A DNA stretch of 64,000 nucleotides from an uncultured Eubacteriales bacterium. Lineage in GTDB: Bacteria; Bacillota; Clostridia; RUG12999. Positions 29,341-40,300 of the stretch are shown here, piece by piece; position 1 is the stretch's first letter, and each line of letters starts with the position of its first letter. The stretch lies in the NCBI GenBank assembly GCA_964592375.1, contig CAZQDP010000002.1, forward strand, positions 10,369 through 74,368, in the 5' to 3' direction. The position numbers were made by a program, and so were the translations under genes. A model generated the notes under the pieces. The model saw only the letters and a list, made by a program, of their open reading frames with translations. It made no database searches and had not been told where the DNA came from.

Positions 29341-32300
29341 ATGAATTTAAATTGCTTTCCACATAAACAGGGGCTTTATGACCCTACATACGAGCATGAT
29401 GCTTGTGGTATAGGTGTTGTTGCCAATATCAAAGGAATACAATCACACAAGATTATAGATGAGGCACTCAATATATTGGTTAAGCTCAATCATAGAGGTG
29501 GCAGTGGGGCTGAAGAAAATACGGGGGACGGTGCCGGTATTTTAATTCAAATTCCTCATGCGTTCTTTTCCAAAGCTTGTTCTATGGAGGGATTTTCTCT
29601 TCCGCAGGCAGGGTGTTACGGAGTTGGAATGCTCTTTCTTCCGCAGGAACTTCATATTCGGCAATTATGCGAGGAGATATTATGCAAAATCATCGCCGAA
29701 GAGGGGCAAATGCTTTTGGGTTTTCGAGATGTGCCTTTTCATGAAGATGGCCTAGGGCACTCAGCGAAAGGGTGCATGCCGTATATTCGTCAGGTCTTTA
29801 TCGGACGAAGTAAAGATATTACAGACGATGTGGCATTTGAGAGAAAGCTGTATGTCATTCGTAAACGCATGGAAAAAGAAAGTGAAAATTATTCATTTTA
29901 TGCGGCGAGCTTTTCTTCAAAGACCATTGTATATAAGGGAATGCTTACAGCAGAACAGGTGCGCACTTTTTATAAAGACCTGAGCGATCCTCATGTTGTG
30001 AGCGCTCTGGCTTTGGTGCACTCCAGGTATAGCACGAACACCTTCCCAAGCTGGGAGAGGGCACATCCAAACAGGTATATTATTCATAACGGCGAGATCA
30101 ATACGCTGCGGGGCAATGTAAACTGGATGCATGCACGTCAATCGCTACTTGAGAGTGAAATATTTGGAGATGATATGGAGAAAATTCTTCCCGTTATTCA
30201 AAAAGAGGGAAGCGATTCTGCCATTTTTGATAACTGTTTTGAATTTTTAACACTTTCCGGGCGCTCACTTGCACATAGCGCAATGATGATGATACCGGAA
30301 CCATGGTCCAAGGACAAGAGCATGAGTGATGAAAAAAGGGCATTCTATGAATATCATGCCATGCTGATGGAGCCATGGGACGGACCGGCAGCCATTGCCT
30401 TTACTGACGGCACGCGCATAGGCGCGGTGCTCGACAGAAATGGCCTTCGTCCCGCACGATACTATGTAACGAAGGATGACCTTGTGGTCTTATCTTCCGA
30501 GGTTGGGGTTCTTCCACTTGACCCTGAAAATGTGGTATGCAAAGAAAGACTACATCCGGGTAAGATGCTGCTCATTGATATGGAAAAAGGACAGATGCTG
30601 ACGGATCAGGAGCTGAAAGATGAAGCGGCCAGCGCACATCCATACCGCAAATGGCTTGCAAGCAATCTTGTAAAACTGAAGGATCTGCCGGAGGCAAAGA
30701 AAAGAGAACTTATCATAGATCAGCCGCTGATAAAGCGACAAAAGTTGTTTGGATATAGCTTTGAAGATATAAAGTCAGTGCTTTTACCGATGGCTAAGGA
30801 AGGCGTAGATCCCATTGGTGCCATGGGAAATGATACCCCGTTGGCGGTATTGTCGGAGAAACCCCAATTGCTATATAATTATTTCAAGCAGCTATTTGCA
30901 CAGGTCACAAATCCACCCATCGATGCGCTCCGAGAGGAAATTGTAACTGCAACGGAGGTATACTTGGGTACCAAGGGGAAGCTACTTTGCCCTACCCCTG
31001 AATGCTGCAAACAAATCAAATGCGATACTCCTATTTTAAGCAATGTGGAGTTAGCTAAAATATTGGAACTCCAAAGTGACGGCTTTCGCTCCGCTACCCT
31101 GCCCATCCTTTTTTCCGTAAAAGAAGGCGGTCCGGGGCTGGAAAAAGCAATGCAAGCACTGTTTGAACGGGCAGACAAAGAAATTGAAAACGGCAGCAAT
31201 ATATTGGTGCTGAGCGATAGGGGAGCAAATGAAAAGTTGGCGCCAATCCCTGCACTGCTTGCTGTTTCCGGTCTGCATCACCATCTTATCCGCCGTCGCA
31301 CAAGAACAAGGATGAGCATTATATTAGAATCCGGTGAACCTCGCGAAGTGCATCATTTTGCTTTGCTCATTGGCTATGGTGCTTCCTGCATCAATCCATA
31401 TCTTGCATTTGAGAGCATTGAAGGGCTCATTGATAGCGAAATGATAACGGGGGTTAAGCTCGATTATGCCATCAAAAAATATACAAAAGCGGCCGCAAAG
31501 GGAATTGTGAAGGTGTTGTCTAAAATGGGCATATCGACCATGCAAAGCTACCATGGTGCGCAGATATTTGAGGCAGTGGGCATTGGTAGCGATGTGATCG
31601 AAAAATACTTTTCGCGTACACCCTCTCGTATTGAAGGAATTGGTATGGAGGAAATTGCAAAGGAAGCTGGTATGCGTCACAATCAAGCATTCTTTGATCG
31701 GTTTGGCGATGAGGATACTTTGGATACAGGCGGCGACTATCAGTGGAGAGCAGACGGTGAGTATCACATGTTCAACCCCGAAACAATCCACAAGCTACAA
31801 ATTGCGTGTAGAAATAATGACTATTCGTTATTTAAAGAATATTCTGCAAGCATCGGGCAGCAAAGTCAAAAGCTTTGTACCCTACGTGGGCTGATGGATT
31901 TTGATCATGCGCAGCCGATTGCAATTGAGGAAGTGGAATCCGTCCAATCCATTTGCAAGCGATTTAAAACCGGTGCCATGTCTTATGGCTCCATTAGTCG
32001 TGAGGCTCATGAGAGTCTTGCCATTGCCATGAATCGTATTGGCGGCAAGAGCAATACGGGCGAGGGCGGCGAGGATCCCTTACGCTTTTTGCCAATGGAA
32101 AATGGGGATTCAAAATGCAGTGCAATCAAGCAGGTTGCCTCAGGTAGGTTTGGGGTAACCAGCCATTATCTTGTAAATGCAAAGGAAATTCAAATAAAGA
32201 TGGCACAGGGTGCAAAGCCTGGTGAGGGCGGCCAGTTGCCCGGGCGAAAGGTGTATCCGTGGATTGCCCATACCAGGCATTCCACACCGGGTGTTGGGCT

Positions 32301-33918
32301 CATTTCTCCCCCGCCTCACCATGATATTTATTCCATCGAGGATTTGGCAGAGCTGATACACGATTTAAAAAATGCCAATCGTCATGCAAGTATCAGTGTC
32401 AAGCTGGTGTCGGAGGTAGGAGTGGGAACCATTGCTGCCGGCGTTGCCAAAGGCCGTGCAGACGGGATTGTGATTAGCGGATATGACGGAGGCACCGGTG
32501 CTTCTCCACGCACAAGTATTCGTCATGCAGGATTGCCTTGGGAGCTTGGCTTATCCGAAGCACATCAAACCTTGGTCATGAACCACTTAAGGTCCAGAGT
32601 AAAGCTTGAAACGGACGGAAAACTGCTTACCGGTCGAGATATTGCCATTGCCGCGCTTTTGGGTGCGGAGGAATTTGCTTTTGCAACCACTCCTCTTATT
32701 GTTTTAGGCTGCGTGATGATGCGCGTATGTAATTTAGATACTTGTCCGGTTGGGGTTGCAACTCAAAATCCCGAGCTGAGAAAGAAATTTTCAGGTGATC
32801 CTTCGCACGTTGTGAATTTCATGCACTTTTTGGCGCAGGAGCTGCGAGAATATATGGCGCAAATAGGATTTAGAACTGTAGACGAAATGGTAGGCAGAAG
32901 CGATAAGCTAAAAATGAATGCTGACATTTCCCATTGGAAAGCAAAGGGCCTTGATTATTCAACCATATTCTTTCAGCCGGAAGAAGCCAAAAACAGTCCG
33001 CTTTATTGCCAAACCAGTCAGGACCATGGTCTTGATGAATCATTGGATATGAAGGTGCTGTTACAGGCATGTGCTCCTGCGATTGAAAATGGACAATCCG
33101 TATCCGTTACGCTTCCCATTTATAATACAAATCGTGTGGTTGGCACCATTTTGGGTAGCGAAGTAACCAGGAAACATGGTCCGGAAGGTCTACCGGAGGA
33201 CACCATTCGGCTTTTCTTTCACGGTTCTGCCGGCCAAAGTCTTGGCGCATTTGTGCCAAAGGGGATGACCATTTCCTTGGAGGGAGATGCGAATGATTAT
33301 ATTGGCAAGGGATTGTCCGGTGGTAAGATGATGGTATTCCCCCCAAAAAATGCGACCTACGCTGCGGAGGATAATATTATTGTAGGAAATGTGGCGTTTT
33401 ATGGCGCAACGGGTGGGCAGGCCTATATCTGCGGTGCGGCTGGAGAGCGTTTTTGTGTACGAAACAGCGGGCTTCATGCCGTTGTTGAAGCGGTGGGGGA
33501 CCATGGCTGCGAATATATGACAGGCGGCAAGGTTGTTGTCTTAGGGAAAACCGGGCGTAATTTTGCGGCGGGTATGTCGGGAGGCGTTGCATATGTACTG
33601 GACACCGCGGGTGACTTTGAACAAAAATGCAACCAAGAAATGGTAGACATAGGCCCCGTAGAGAGCCCGCAGGAAATACAAGAGTTGCGTAGCCTCATTG
33701 AGAAGCATGTGGAATATACCGGAAGCAGCAATGGGAAGCGAGTGCTGAAAGATTTTGAAAAACTGATTACGAAATTCATTCAGGTTATGCCAAGGGATTA
33801 TAAACGAATGATGGATGCCATTGAAAATGCTAAGAGCATGGGTTTATCGGGCGATGATGCGCTGATGGATGCCTTTGATAGAAACTTTAATGATGGCGCT
33901 CGAAAGAGCGGAAATTAG
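29341..33918 (+). CDS. gltB: Glutamate synthase large subunit.
   Basis: N-terminal amidotransferase [11 protein letters not shown] followed by FMN and GXGXG domains, 1525 aa. Confidence 0.95.
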   Translation: MNLNCFPHKQGLYDPTYEHDACGIGVVANIKGIQSHKIIDEALNILVKLNHRGGSGAEENTGDGAGILIQIPHAFFSKACSMEGFSLPQAGCYGVGMLFLPQELHIRQLCEEILCKIIAEEGQMLLGFRDVPFHEDGLGHSAKGCMPYIRQVFIGRSKDITDDVAFERKLYVIRKRMEKESENYSFYAASFSSKTIVYKGMLTAEQVRTFYKDLSDPHVVSALALVHSRYSTNTFPSWERAHPNRYIIHNGEINTLRGNVNWMHARQSLLESEIFGDDMEKILPVIQKEGSDSAIFDNCFEFLTLSGRSLAHSAMMMIPEPWSKDKSMSDEKRAFYEYHAMLMEPWDGPAAIAFTDGTRIGAVLDRNGLRPARYYVTKDDLVVLSSEVGVLPLDPENVVCKERLHPGKMLLIDMEKGQMLTDQELKDEAASAHPYRKWLASNLVKLKDLPEAKKRELIIDQPLIKRQKLFGYSFEDIKSVLLPMAKEGVDPIGAMGNDTPLAVLSEKPQLLYNYFKQLFAQVTNPPIDALREEIVTATEVYLGTKGKLLCPTPECCKQIKCDTPILSNVELAKILELQSDGFRSATLPILFSVKEGGPGLEKAMQALFERADKEIENGSNILVLSDRGANEKLAPIPALLAVSGLHHHLIRRRTRTRMSIILESGEPREVHHFALLIGYGASCINPYLAFESIEGLIDSEMITGVKLDYAIKKYTKAAAKGIVKVLSKMGISTMQSYHGAQIFEAVGIGSDVIEKYFSRTPSRIEGIGMEEIAKEAGMRHNQAFFDRFGDEDTLDTGGDYQWRADGEYHMFNPETIHKLQIACRNNDYSLFKEYSASIGQQSQKLCTLRGLMDFDHAQPIAIEEVESVQSICKRFKTGAMSYGSISREAHESLAIAMNRIGGKSNTGEGGEDPLRFLPMENGDSKCSAIKQVASGRFGVTSHYLVNAKEIQIKMAQGAKPGEGGQLPGRKVYPWIAHTRHSTPGVGLISPPPHHDIYSIEDLAELIHDLKNANRHASISVKLVSEVGVGTIAAGVAKGRADGIVISGYDGGTGASPRTSIRHAGLPWELGLSEAHQTLVMNHLRSRVKLETDGKLLTGRDIAIAALLGAEEFAFATTPLIVLGCVMMRVCNLDTCPVGVATQNPELRKKFSGDPSHVVNFMHFLAQELREYMAQIGFRTVDEMVGRSDKLKMNADISHWKAKGLDYSTIFFQPEEAKNSPLYCQTSQDHGLDESLDMKVLLQACAPAIENGQSVSVTLPIYNTNRVVGTILGSEVTRKHGPEGLPEDTIRLFFHGSAGQSLGAFVPKGMTISLEGDANDYIGKGLSGGKMMVFPPKNATYAAEDNIIVGNVAFYGATGGQAYICGAAGERFCVRNSGLHAVVEAVGDHGCEYMTGGKVVVLGKTGRNFAAGMSGGVAYVLDTAGDFEQKCNQEMVDIGPVESPQEIQELRSLIEKHVEYTGSSNGKRVLKDFEKLITKFIQVMPRDYKRMMDAIENAKSMGLSGDDALMDAFDRNFNDGARKSGN

Positions 33919-33937
33919 GGAAGGAGGTAGATGGATA

Positions 33938-35410
33938 ATGGGTAAAGCAACAGGATTTATGGAATTTCAAAGACAATTGCCAGCAGATCGTTTACCTCTT
34001 GACAGAATAAAGGACTGGGGAGAATTTCATCTGCATTTATCGGAAGAGGAACAAAAGCGGCAAGGGGCTCGTTGTATGGACTGCGGAATACCCTTTTGCC
34101 ACAGTGGTATTCTCATAGCAGGAGCCGCCTCGGGTTGTCCGATTAACAATCTTATTCCCGAATGGAATCATCTCATTTATAAAGGGCTTTGGAAACAGGC
34201 ATTAGCAAGACTTTTAAAAACCAACAATTTTCCGGAGTTTACTGGCAGAGTATGCCCGGCACCCTGTGAGGGTTCCTGCACAATAGGCATCAATGCTCCT
34301 CAGGTTACCATCAAAACAAATGAATGCGCCATTATTGACAGAGCCTTTTCAGAAGGGATGATTAAGCCCTGCCCGCCAAAGACAAGAACAGGCAAAAAGG
34401 TGGCCGTGGTGGGTTCCGGCCCTTCAGGACTTGCCTGTGCATCACAGCTGAACAAAGCAGGGCATTCGGTTACGGTGTATGAGCGTGCGGATCGCATTGG
34501 CGGCCTTTTGATGTATGGTATTCCCAATATGAAACTGGATAAAAAAGAAATTGTTGAGCGTAGAGTGAACTTGATGACCCAGGAAGGCATTACATTTATA
34601 ACAAATACAGAGGTGGGTAAAGACTACAGCTGCGAAGAGCTTATGGCACAGTATGACGCGGTGGTTCTTTGTGTGGGCGCTACAAAACCGCGAGACCTAC
34701 CGGCCACGGGCAGGGAGCTTTCCGGTATTCATTTTGCCATGGATTTTTTAAGTGCCAATACAAAAAGCCTCTTAGACTCTAATCTGGAAGATGGTGCGTA
34801 TCTATCTGCTAAAGGGAAGGATGTTGTGGTTATCGGTGGAGGAGATACCGGCACGGACTGCGTGGGCACCTCTATTCGGCATGGTTGTAAAAGCATTCTG
34901 CAGCTTGAAATCATGCCAAACGCTCCCATGGAAAGAGGGGCGGATAATCCATGGCCGCAGTGGCCTCGCATCTATAAAATGGATTATGGCCAGGAGGAGG
35001 CCGAAGCGGTCTTTGGCAGTGACCCCAGAGAATACTGCATTACCACAAAGGAATTTATTGGGGATGAAAATGGTCATGTGAAAGCACTGCGCACCGTGAA
35101 GATAGAATGGGTAAAAGATGAGATGGGTCGCATGAATATGCAAGAAATTCCCGATAGTGAAAAAATTATTCCAACGCAGATGGTGCTACTGGCGATGGGC
35201 TTTTTAGGGCCGGAGGATCAGCTACTTTCACAGCTTGGCATCGAGAGGGATGCGCGCTCTTGCGCAAAGGCCGAGTACGGCCGTTTTACTACCTCAGTGC
35301 CAAAGGTGTTTGCCGCCGGAGACATGCGAAGAGGCCAGAGCTTGGTGGTTTGGGCCATTAGCGAAGGCAGAGCCGCAGCAAAAGCTTGTGATGCTTTTTT
35401 AATGGAATAA
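33938..35410 (+). CDS. gltD: Glutamate synthase small subunit (NADPH).
   Basis: Fe-S N-terminus, Rossmann motif [15 protein letters not shown]-terminal FAD/NAD domain. RBS aggagg before the ATG at 33938, overlapping the gltB end. Confidence 0.9.
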   Translation: MGKATGFMEFQRQLPADRLPLDRIKDWGEFHLHLSEEEQKRQGARCMDCGIPFCHSGILIAGAASGCPINNLIPEWNHLIYKGLWKQALARLLKTNNFPEFTGRVCPAPCEGSCTIGINAPQVTIKTNECAIIDRAFSEGMIKPCPPKTRTGKKVAVVGSGPSGLACASQLNKAGHSVTVYERADRIGGLLMYGIPNMKLDKKEIVERRVNLMTQEGITFITNTEVGKDYSCEELMAQYDAVVLCVGATKPRDLPATGRELSGIHFAMDFLSANTKSLLDSNLEDGAYLSAKGKDVVVIGGGDTGTDCVGTSIRHGCKSILQLEIMPNAPMERGADNPWPQWPRIYKMDYGQEEAEAVFGSDPREYCITTKEFIGDENGHVKALRTVKIEWVKDEMGRMNMQEIPDSEKIIPTQMVLLAMGFLGPEDQLLSQLGIERDARSCAKAEYGRFTTSVPKVFAAGDMRRGQSLVVWAISEGRAAAKACDAFLME

Positions 35411-35448
35411 GAATGTGTGAACAAATTGTAAAAAATACAAAAAATAGA

Positions 35449-35476
35449 TTGACAAAAAGACATGGTGAGTTATAAT
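35449..35476 (+). promoter_or_regulatory. Sigma-A promoter (TTGACA-N16-TATAAT) for hsp20.
   Basis: Hexamers at 35449-54 and 35471-76. No CIRCE or CtsR box is seen. Confidence 0.45.
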
Positions 35477-35538
35477 AAAATTAGCGCCAAGGGAGCGGGA
35501 GTATCAATATATAAAACTGAATAAAGGAGTTGTTCATC

Positions 35539-35985
35539 ATGGCCGGACTCATTCCCTTCAATGGAAACAAGCCTCGCAAAAGAGAAACCGGATTCGATGT
35601 TTTGTGCAACATACTTGACAGTTTTGCAAATGATGCATTTCTCCCTGTAGGTACTATTTTTGGAGACTCCTTTAAAGTTGATATTCGAGAGGGCAAAAAG
35701 GAGTACACCATTGAAGCAGAGCTGCCCGGTTTCCAAAAGGATGAAATCAGGGTGAATTTAAAGGATGGCATACTCACCATTGTTGCGTTTCACGAAGATA
35801 CCGTTGAGGAGCGGGGGGATGAATATGTGCATCGTGAGCGGCGCTTGGGATCTTTGCAACGTTCATTGTATCTGGCAGATGCACTGCAGGAGGGTGTCAG
35901 TGCTAAATTAGAGGATGGATTGCTTAAAATCACTGTTCCAAGAGAAGAAAAGCAGGATGATAACGATCAAATTGATATTCAATAA
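35539..35985 (+). CDS. Hsp20/alpha-crystallin small heat-shock protein.
   Basis: Alpha-crystallin domain (VDIREGKKEYTIEAELPGFQKDEIRV...GILTIV). RBS aaaggag. Confidence 0.85.
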   Translation: MAGLIPFNGNKPRKRETGFDVLCNILDSFANDAFLPVGTIFGDSFKVDIREGKKEYTIEAELPGFQKDEIRVNLKDGILTIVAFHEDTVEERGDEYVHRERRLGSLQRSLYLADALQEGVSAKLEDGLLKITVPREEKQDDNDQIDIQ

Positions 35986-36134
35986 AGTAACATAAACAGT
36001 AGTAGCAAAGCACATTGGTTCGCTCCCCCAATGTGCTTTTTATATTTATTTGCAATAGAGAAAGCAGTGTTAAGCAGGGGCACAAGGTATCGCAAAATCG
36101 AAAGATAAAAAATGAGAATTCATGGGGGAAAATC

Positions 36135-37202
36135 ATGGAATATATCATGGATAAGCAAAGAGCAATAAGGCTGCAAAAAGCGCTACTTGGCTGGTATGAT
36201 GAGAATAAGCGTGACCTGCCTTGGCGGCATACGACAGAGCCATATCAAATATGGGTTTGCGAAGTAATGGCACAGCAGACGAAAATAAATGCGCTTCTGC
36301 CTTACTTCAGGCGTTTCATGCTACGTTTTCCTACCGTGGAGCTGCTGGCAAATGCAAAGGAAGAGGAAGTGCTAAAGGTATGGGAAGGCCTCGGGTATTA
36401 TGCAAGAGCGAAAAATCTTCATAAGGCATCGATGCGAGTGATGAAGGATTTTGGTGGGCGCATTCCAAGCACAAAGCAGGAGCTACTTAGCATAGAAGGG
36501 ATTGGCGAATATACTGCAGGCGCAATTTTAAGCATTGCCTTTGGGCAAAGAGCTCCGGCAGTAGACGGAAATGTACTGAGAATATTTGCAAGAATTGAAA
36601 GTAGCGCACTTGACATTGCCCTTGCACATGCAAAGGATATTGCCGGCGGGTTTGTTTTATCCATGATGCCGTCGGTGCGTACCGGCTGTTTTACGCAGGC
36701 CCTTATGGAGATTGGCGCACTGGTGTGCACCCCCAAAAACCCAAACTGCACTGCTTGTCCGGCGCAGAGGTTATGCAGAGCATATGCAAAAGGTATGCAA
36801 CACAAGCTGCCGATTAAATCCAAAAAAGCGCCACCCCGACACCTGGAAAAAACAGTCCTGATTATCCGTAATGAGGCGGGGCAAGTATTGCTTAAGAAGC
36901 GTACCGAAAAGTTACTTGGCGGTCTATGGGAATATTATATTGTTGAAAGAAAAATGGATAGTAAAAAGGCAAAGCAGTTTGTTAAAGCACTGGGGTATAT
37001 TGTGGAAAGTGTCGTCCCAATCGGGCCGGCACAGCACGTATTTACCCATTTGGTCTGGCACATGGAGGGGTATTATTGCAAGGTCAAGGGAAATGACCTG
37101 CCGCCCGATTATGTGTTTTTAGATTTAGAAGTGCTTGATGAAATTCCCATGCCAACGGCACTTTCCGTGTATACCAATTATCTCAGCCGGAATTTAGAAT
37201 AG
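36135..37202 (+). CDS. mutY: A/G-specific adenine DNA glycosylase.
   Basis: HhH-GPD (EVMAQQTK...LGYYARA), a 4Fe-4S loop CTPKNPNCTACPAQRLC, and a C-terminal MutT-like domain. Confidence 0.9.
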   Translation: MEYIMDKQRAIRLQKALLGWYDENKRDLPWRHTTEPYQIWVCEVMAQQTKINALLPYFRRFMLRFPTVELLANAKEEEVLKVWEGLGYYARAKNLHKASMRVMKDFGGRIPSTKQELLSIEGIGEYTAGAILSIAFGQRAPAVDGNVLRIFARIESSALDIALAHAKDIAGGFVLSMMPSVRTGCFTQALMEIGALVCTPKNPNCTACPAQRLCRAYAKGMQHKLPIKSKKAPPRHLEKTVLIIRNEAGQVLLKKRTEKLLGGLWEYYIVERKMDSKKAKQFVKALGYIVESVVPIGPAQHVFTHLVWHMEGYYCKVKGNDLPPDYVFLDLEVLDEIPMPTALSVYTNYLSRNLE

Positions 37203-37224
37203 CGGAGATTAGTATAAAACAAAA

Positions 37225-37250
37225 GGCGGACGATAAACATCGTCCGCCTC
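37225..37250. terminator. Bidirectional hairpin terminator between mutY and the giant gene.
   Basis: Stem ggcggacg-ataaacat-cgtccgcc. Confidence 0.6.
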
Positions 37251-37364
37251 ATCATAACCACATATCCCATCATGGGGTTTTGAATGCGAAACATGAAAAT
37301 TTCGCATTCTTTTTACTATTCATAACAGAGTATAAAATGCCAAAGGCTTTTTTGCGAAAATATT

Positions 37365-40300
37365 TTACTGATCATATACCTTTACATTATCAATATACAA
37401 ATCCGTATTAGAGCCTAAGGTAAATGTGCCGAATGCAATCTGACTTAGTGATTTCGTAGGATTTCTAAATGATTTATCGGAAACCTTCAGCACACCATCC
37501 ACATACCAATCCGTAGTATTGTCTACAATATTGGCAACAACCTTTATTTTATACCATCGATTTTTTGATGTTGAAGACATGATGGTATAATACGTTGAAT
37601 CCATCTGAATAGACGTAATAGAGTTTGAAATGAAGGAAGATACATTATAGCCTTCCCCGTTTAGATACACCAGCTTACCGCCAGCTCTATCATACATAAA
37701 GTCAAATTCCACCACTGCAGTATCTGTTAGCCGCTGGAAGTTTGCGGTGATATCCACACTGCCCGGGTCATTGTCTACCTTGATGTGTACGCACTGTCCC
37801 GATTCCGTATTCGCAGGAGCACCGGTGGGTCTTGGAATAATCTTCACAAAGCCGCCGGCAGGGGCAGTTCCAACAGTCCACTTGGTGGAGTTGAAAGCTT
37901 CGTTTGCAGTATAGCTTTCAAAGGTCTCATCAAATACACTTATCTTATCAAGAACGGAAATATTCGCCGTGAGAACCTTGTTGCCACCGGTGGCCGGTAT
38001 TGTAACGGTAAGGGTTGTGTCACCCTGTGCAATTCCTTTGATGCTAGAAGCACTTGGTAGCTGCATCACCGCGGTGTTTCCTGAGCTGAGGGTATACATA
38101 TCCGGAGTGATAACCGTATTTTTGCCGTCAATCACCGCCATGACAGTCATAGACATGACTTGATTGATTTTTAAGGTAAGAGGAGTGGACGGATTAAAGG
38201 ACACGGTTCCGATGCGATCAAGGCTCAGCTGCTTCGCCTGCTGCGTTACCGTAAGTCCAAGGATCACAGCAGTAGCCGCATTTGCGCTATCCCCTGAGAA
38301 CACAAAGCTGCCGACAGTGGCTTGCCCAAAAACGATACTTACACTTTGTCCCACACTCGTCCATGTGATGCCGTTCGCAGAAGTATAGGCATATATGGCA
38401 CTGCCGACTTTGGCAATTTTTAAGTAGGGATTGGTGGTATAGCCTAAATCAACACTCGTCGTGCTCACATTGGTTGTTGCGCGGTATTCTAGGAAGAGTT
38501 TTCCATCTGTTCTTTTGCGAAGTGCGGCAAAGATTGCATTGGTTGCCGGACCCTCTCTTACCATCACGCCGCCACCGGTGCCCAATGGGCCTTCCAGCCG
38601 CTCTACAGCAGCAGATACGCTGTAATCTCGAAGCATTGGCGAGTCAATGTACTTATACGCATAGGTGAGGCTATCCTGCTTGCCTGAGTCGTTTTGCGTA
38701 TAGGTATTCATGCCTTTTCCGGTAGACTTCATCAAAATTCTGCCGCCTTCCATCATGGCACTGCCGGTGGGAGCGGGGTTACCTACATTGAATGCCGAAT
38801 ATTCCTTTGGAAGAATAAAGCTTCCACGCTCGTTTTGGGCACGCTTTGTAAAGGAAATGATAGCCCATTCTGCCATGCTGTCAATCGACGCGCTATACTT
38901 ACCCGAGGCAAAGCCAAGCGTAAGCTTTTGAGGTGTTTTGCCGGGACGATACAGCCATGCTTCGGGGTTTTCCGGAACAAATGCTGAAGATATGGAAACG
39001 GATAAATTTTCAGGCTTGCTATATCCGTCGTTACTGATGATATGCAGTGAGGTATCCCCGTTTTGCGCTCTGCGAACCACGCTATACACATCCGAAGCAC
39101 CCAGTACCGTGGCAGCATCTCGTGCACTAATAAAGGTACTGTTCACGCTACCTTTGTCTACAAGCGTAGCACCGCAGCCTTGCACCGCAGCCTTATCCTC
39201 TGCAGAGAAGGAATTGATATCGGAATAGGTGAGCACATAGTCAAGTCCCCCAAGCTGTTCTTTTTGAATAGTATAAAGCGGATAATCCGAATTATAGTTG
39301 GCCATGAGCAGTTTAAAGGGAACACCGGCATTAAACAAATTCATCACAAAATCCTTGATGGCACCTGTATTGGTAACGGTAATATCTGCCCAGTTAACCA
39401 AAACGCCTACCTTTGCGGGAATTTCTCTACCGTCGAACAAAGTAGCATTTTCGCGAATAAACTGATATATATCGCCGTACTCTTCTATTGTGCCAAAATA
39501 TCGTGGCACATCGGTTCCCGGAAGCCATATATCCCAAGGAACCAACATATATTGCCCCATAGCATACGCCTGCGCAATCGCTGGGCGCACCAGTTCTTTG
39601 GTTCTTTGCGTAACAACCGGAGAGATGATAATCGGCGTTCCGATACTTGTTCGAATGCTGCCGCCTGTTACAATATTGGTCAGGCTGTGTGCGCCTTCGT
39701 TGTGCTCGGTAATGCCGTAATCAAAGGATTGCCCCATATACTGATCCGTAAGAATAATGTCATTGACAGACATGGCATTCATATTGACAGACAAAGTAAT
39801 ATTTCTACCGGCATAGGCATTCATGGCACTGCGCAAATTTGCGTAGTACTGCTCGGAGGTATACATTTGAAACTTCTTAAACCACGTGTTGGTAGCCCCA
39901 AGCGTAGTGGTGCGCTGAGATGTATAATCGTTATTGGTGGTAATTCCTTTTACAAGGATAAACTGCTTATAATCAAATGTATCAATATCTGTAATGCCAA
40001 GTTCGGTAATTTGTGCGGAAGTTAAATTGCTTTTTAAATAATTTCGAAATCCAGTGATGCAATCAGGGCAGAAGCATCCCGGCGCCCAACCTATCATCCC
40101 ATAGTTGCCTGCCGCATCGTCATGCTGGAATTCTGTGGCACCTGCATCAATGGTCGTTTTGGCGATAGCTAAAGCAGCATTGTAATAAGCAGGTCTGCTC
40201 AGGCAGCCCCAGTAAGAAGGGGGTGTCCACGTCATCCACGGAGCGACAATCTTCGTGCCTTCCAAGCTAAGAGCCCAACCATCTGTTACTTGATTGATGG

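Noticed and set aside
35411-35538. CIRCE or CtsR heat-shock operator upstream of hsp20.
   Set aside because: No TTAGCACTC-N9-GAGTGCTAA or GGTCAAA repeat is present. Only a sigma-A-like promoter is seen.
39063-40025. 320-aa plus-strand ORF inside the giant gene.
   Set aside because: It is antisense to the 1616-aa CDS and has a low-complexity I/G/N-rich translation.
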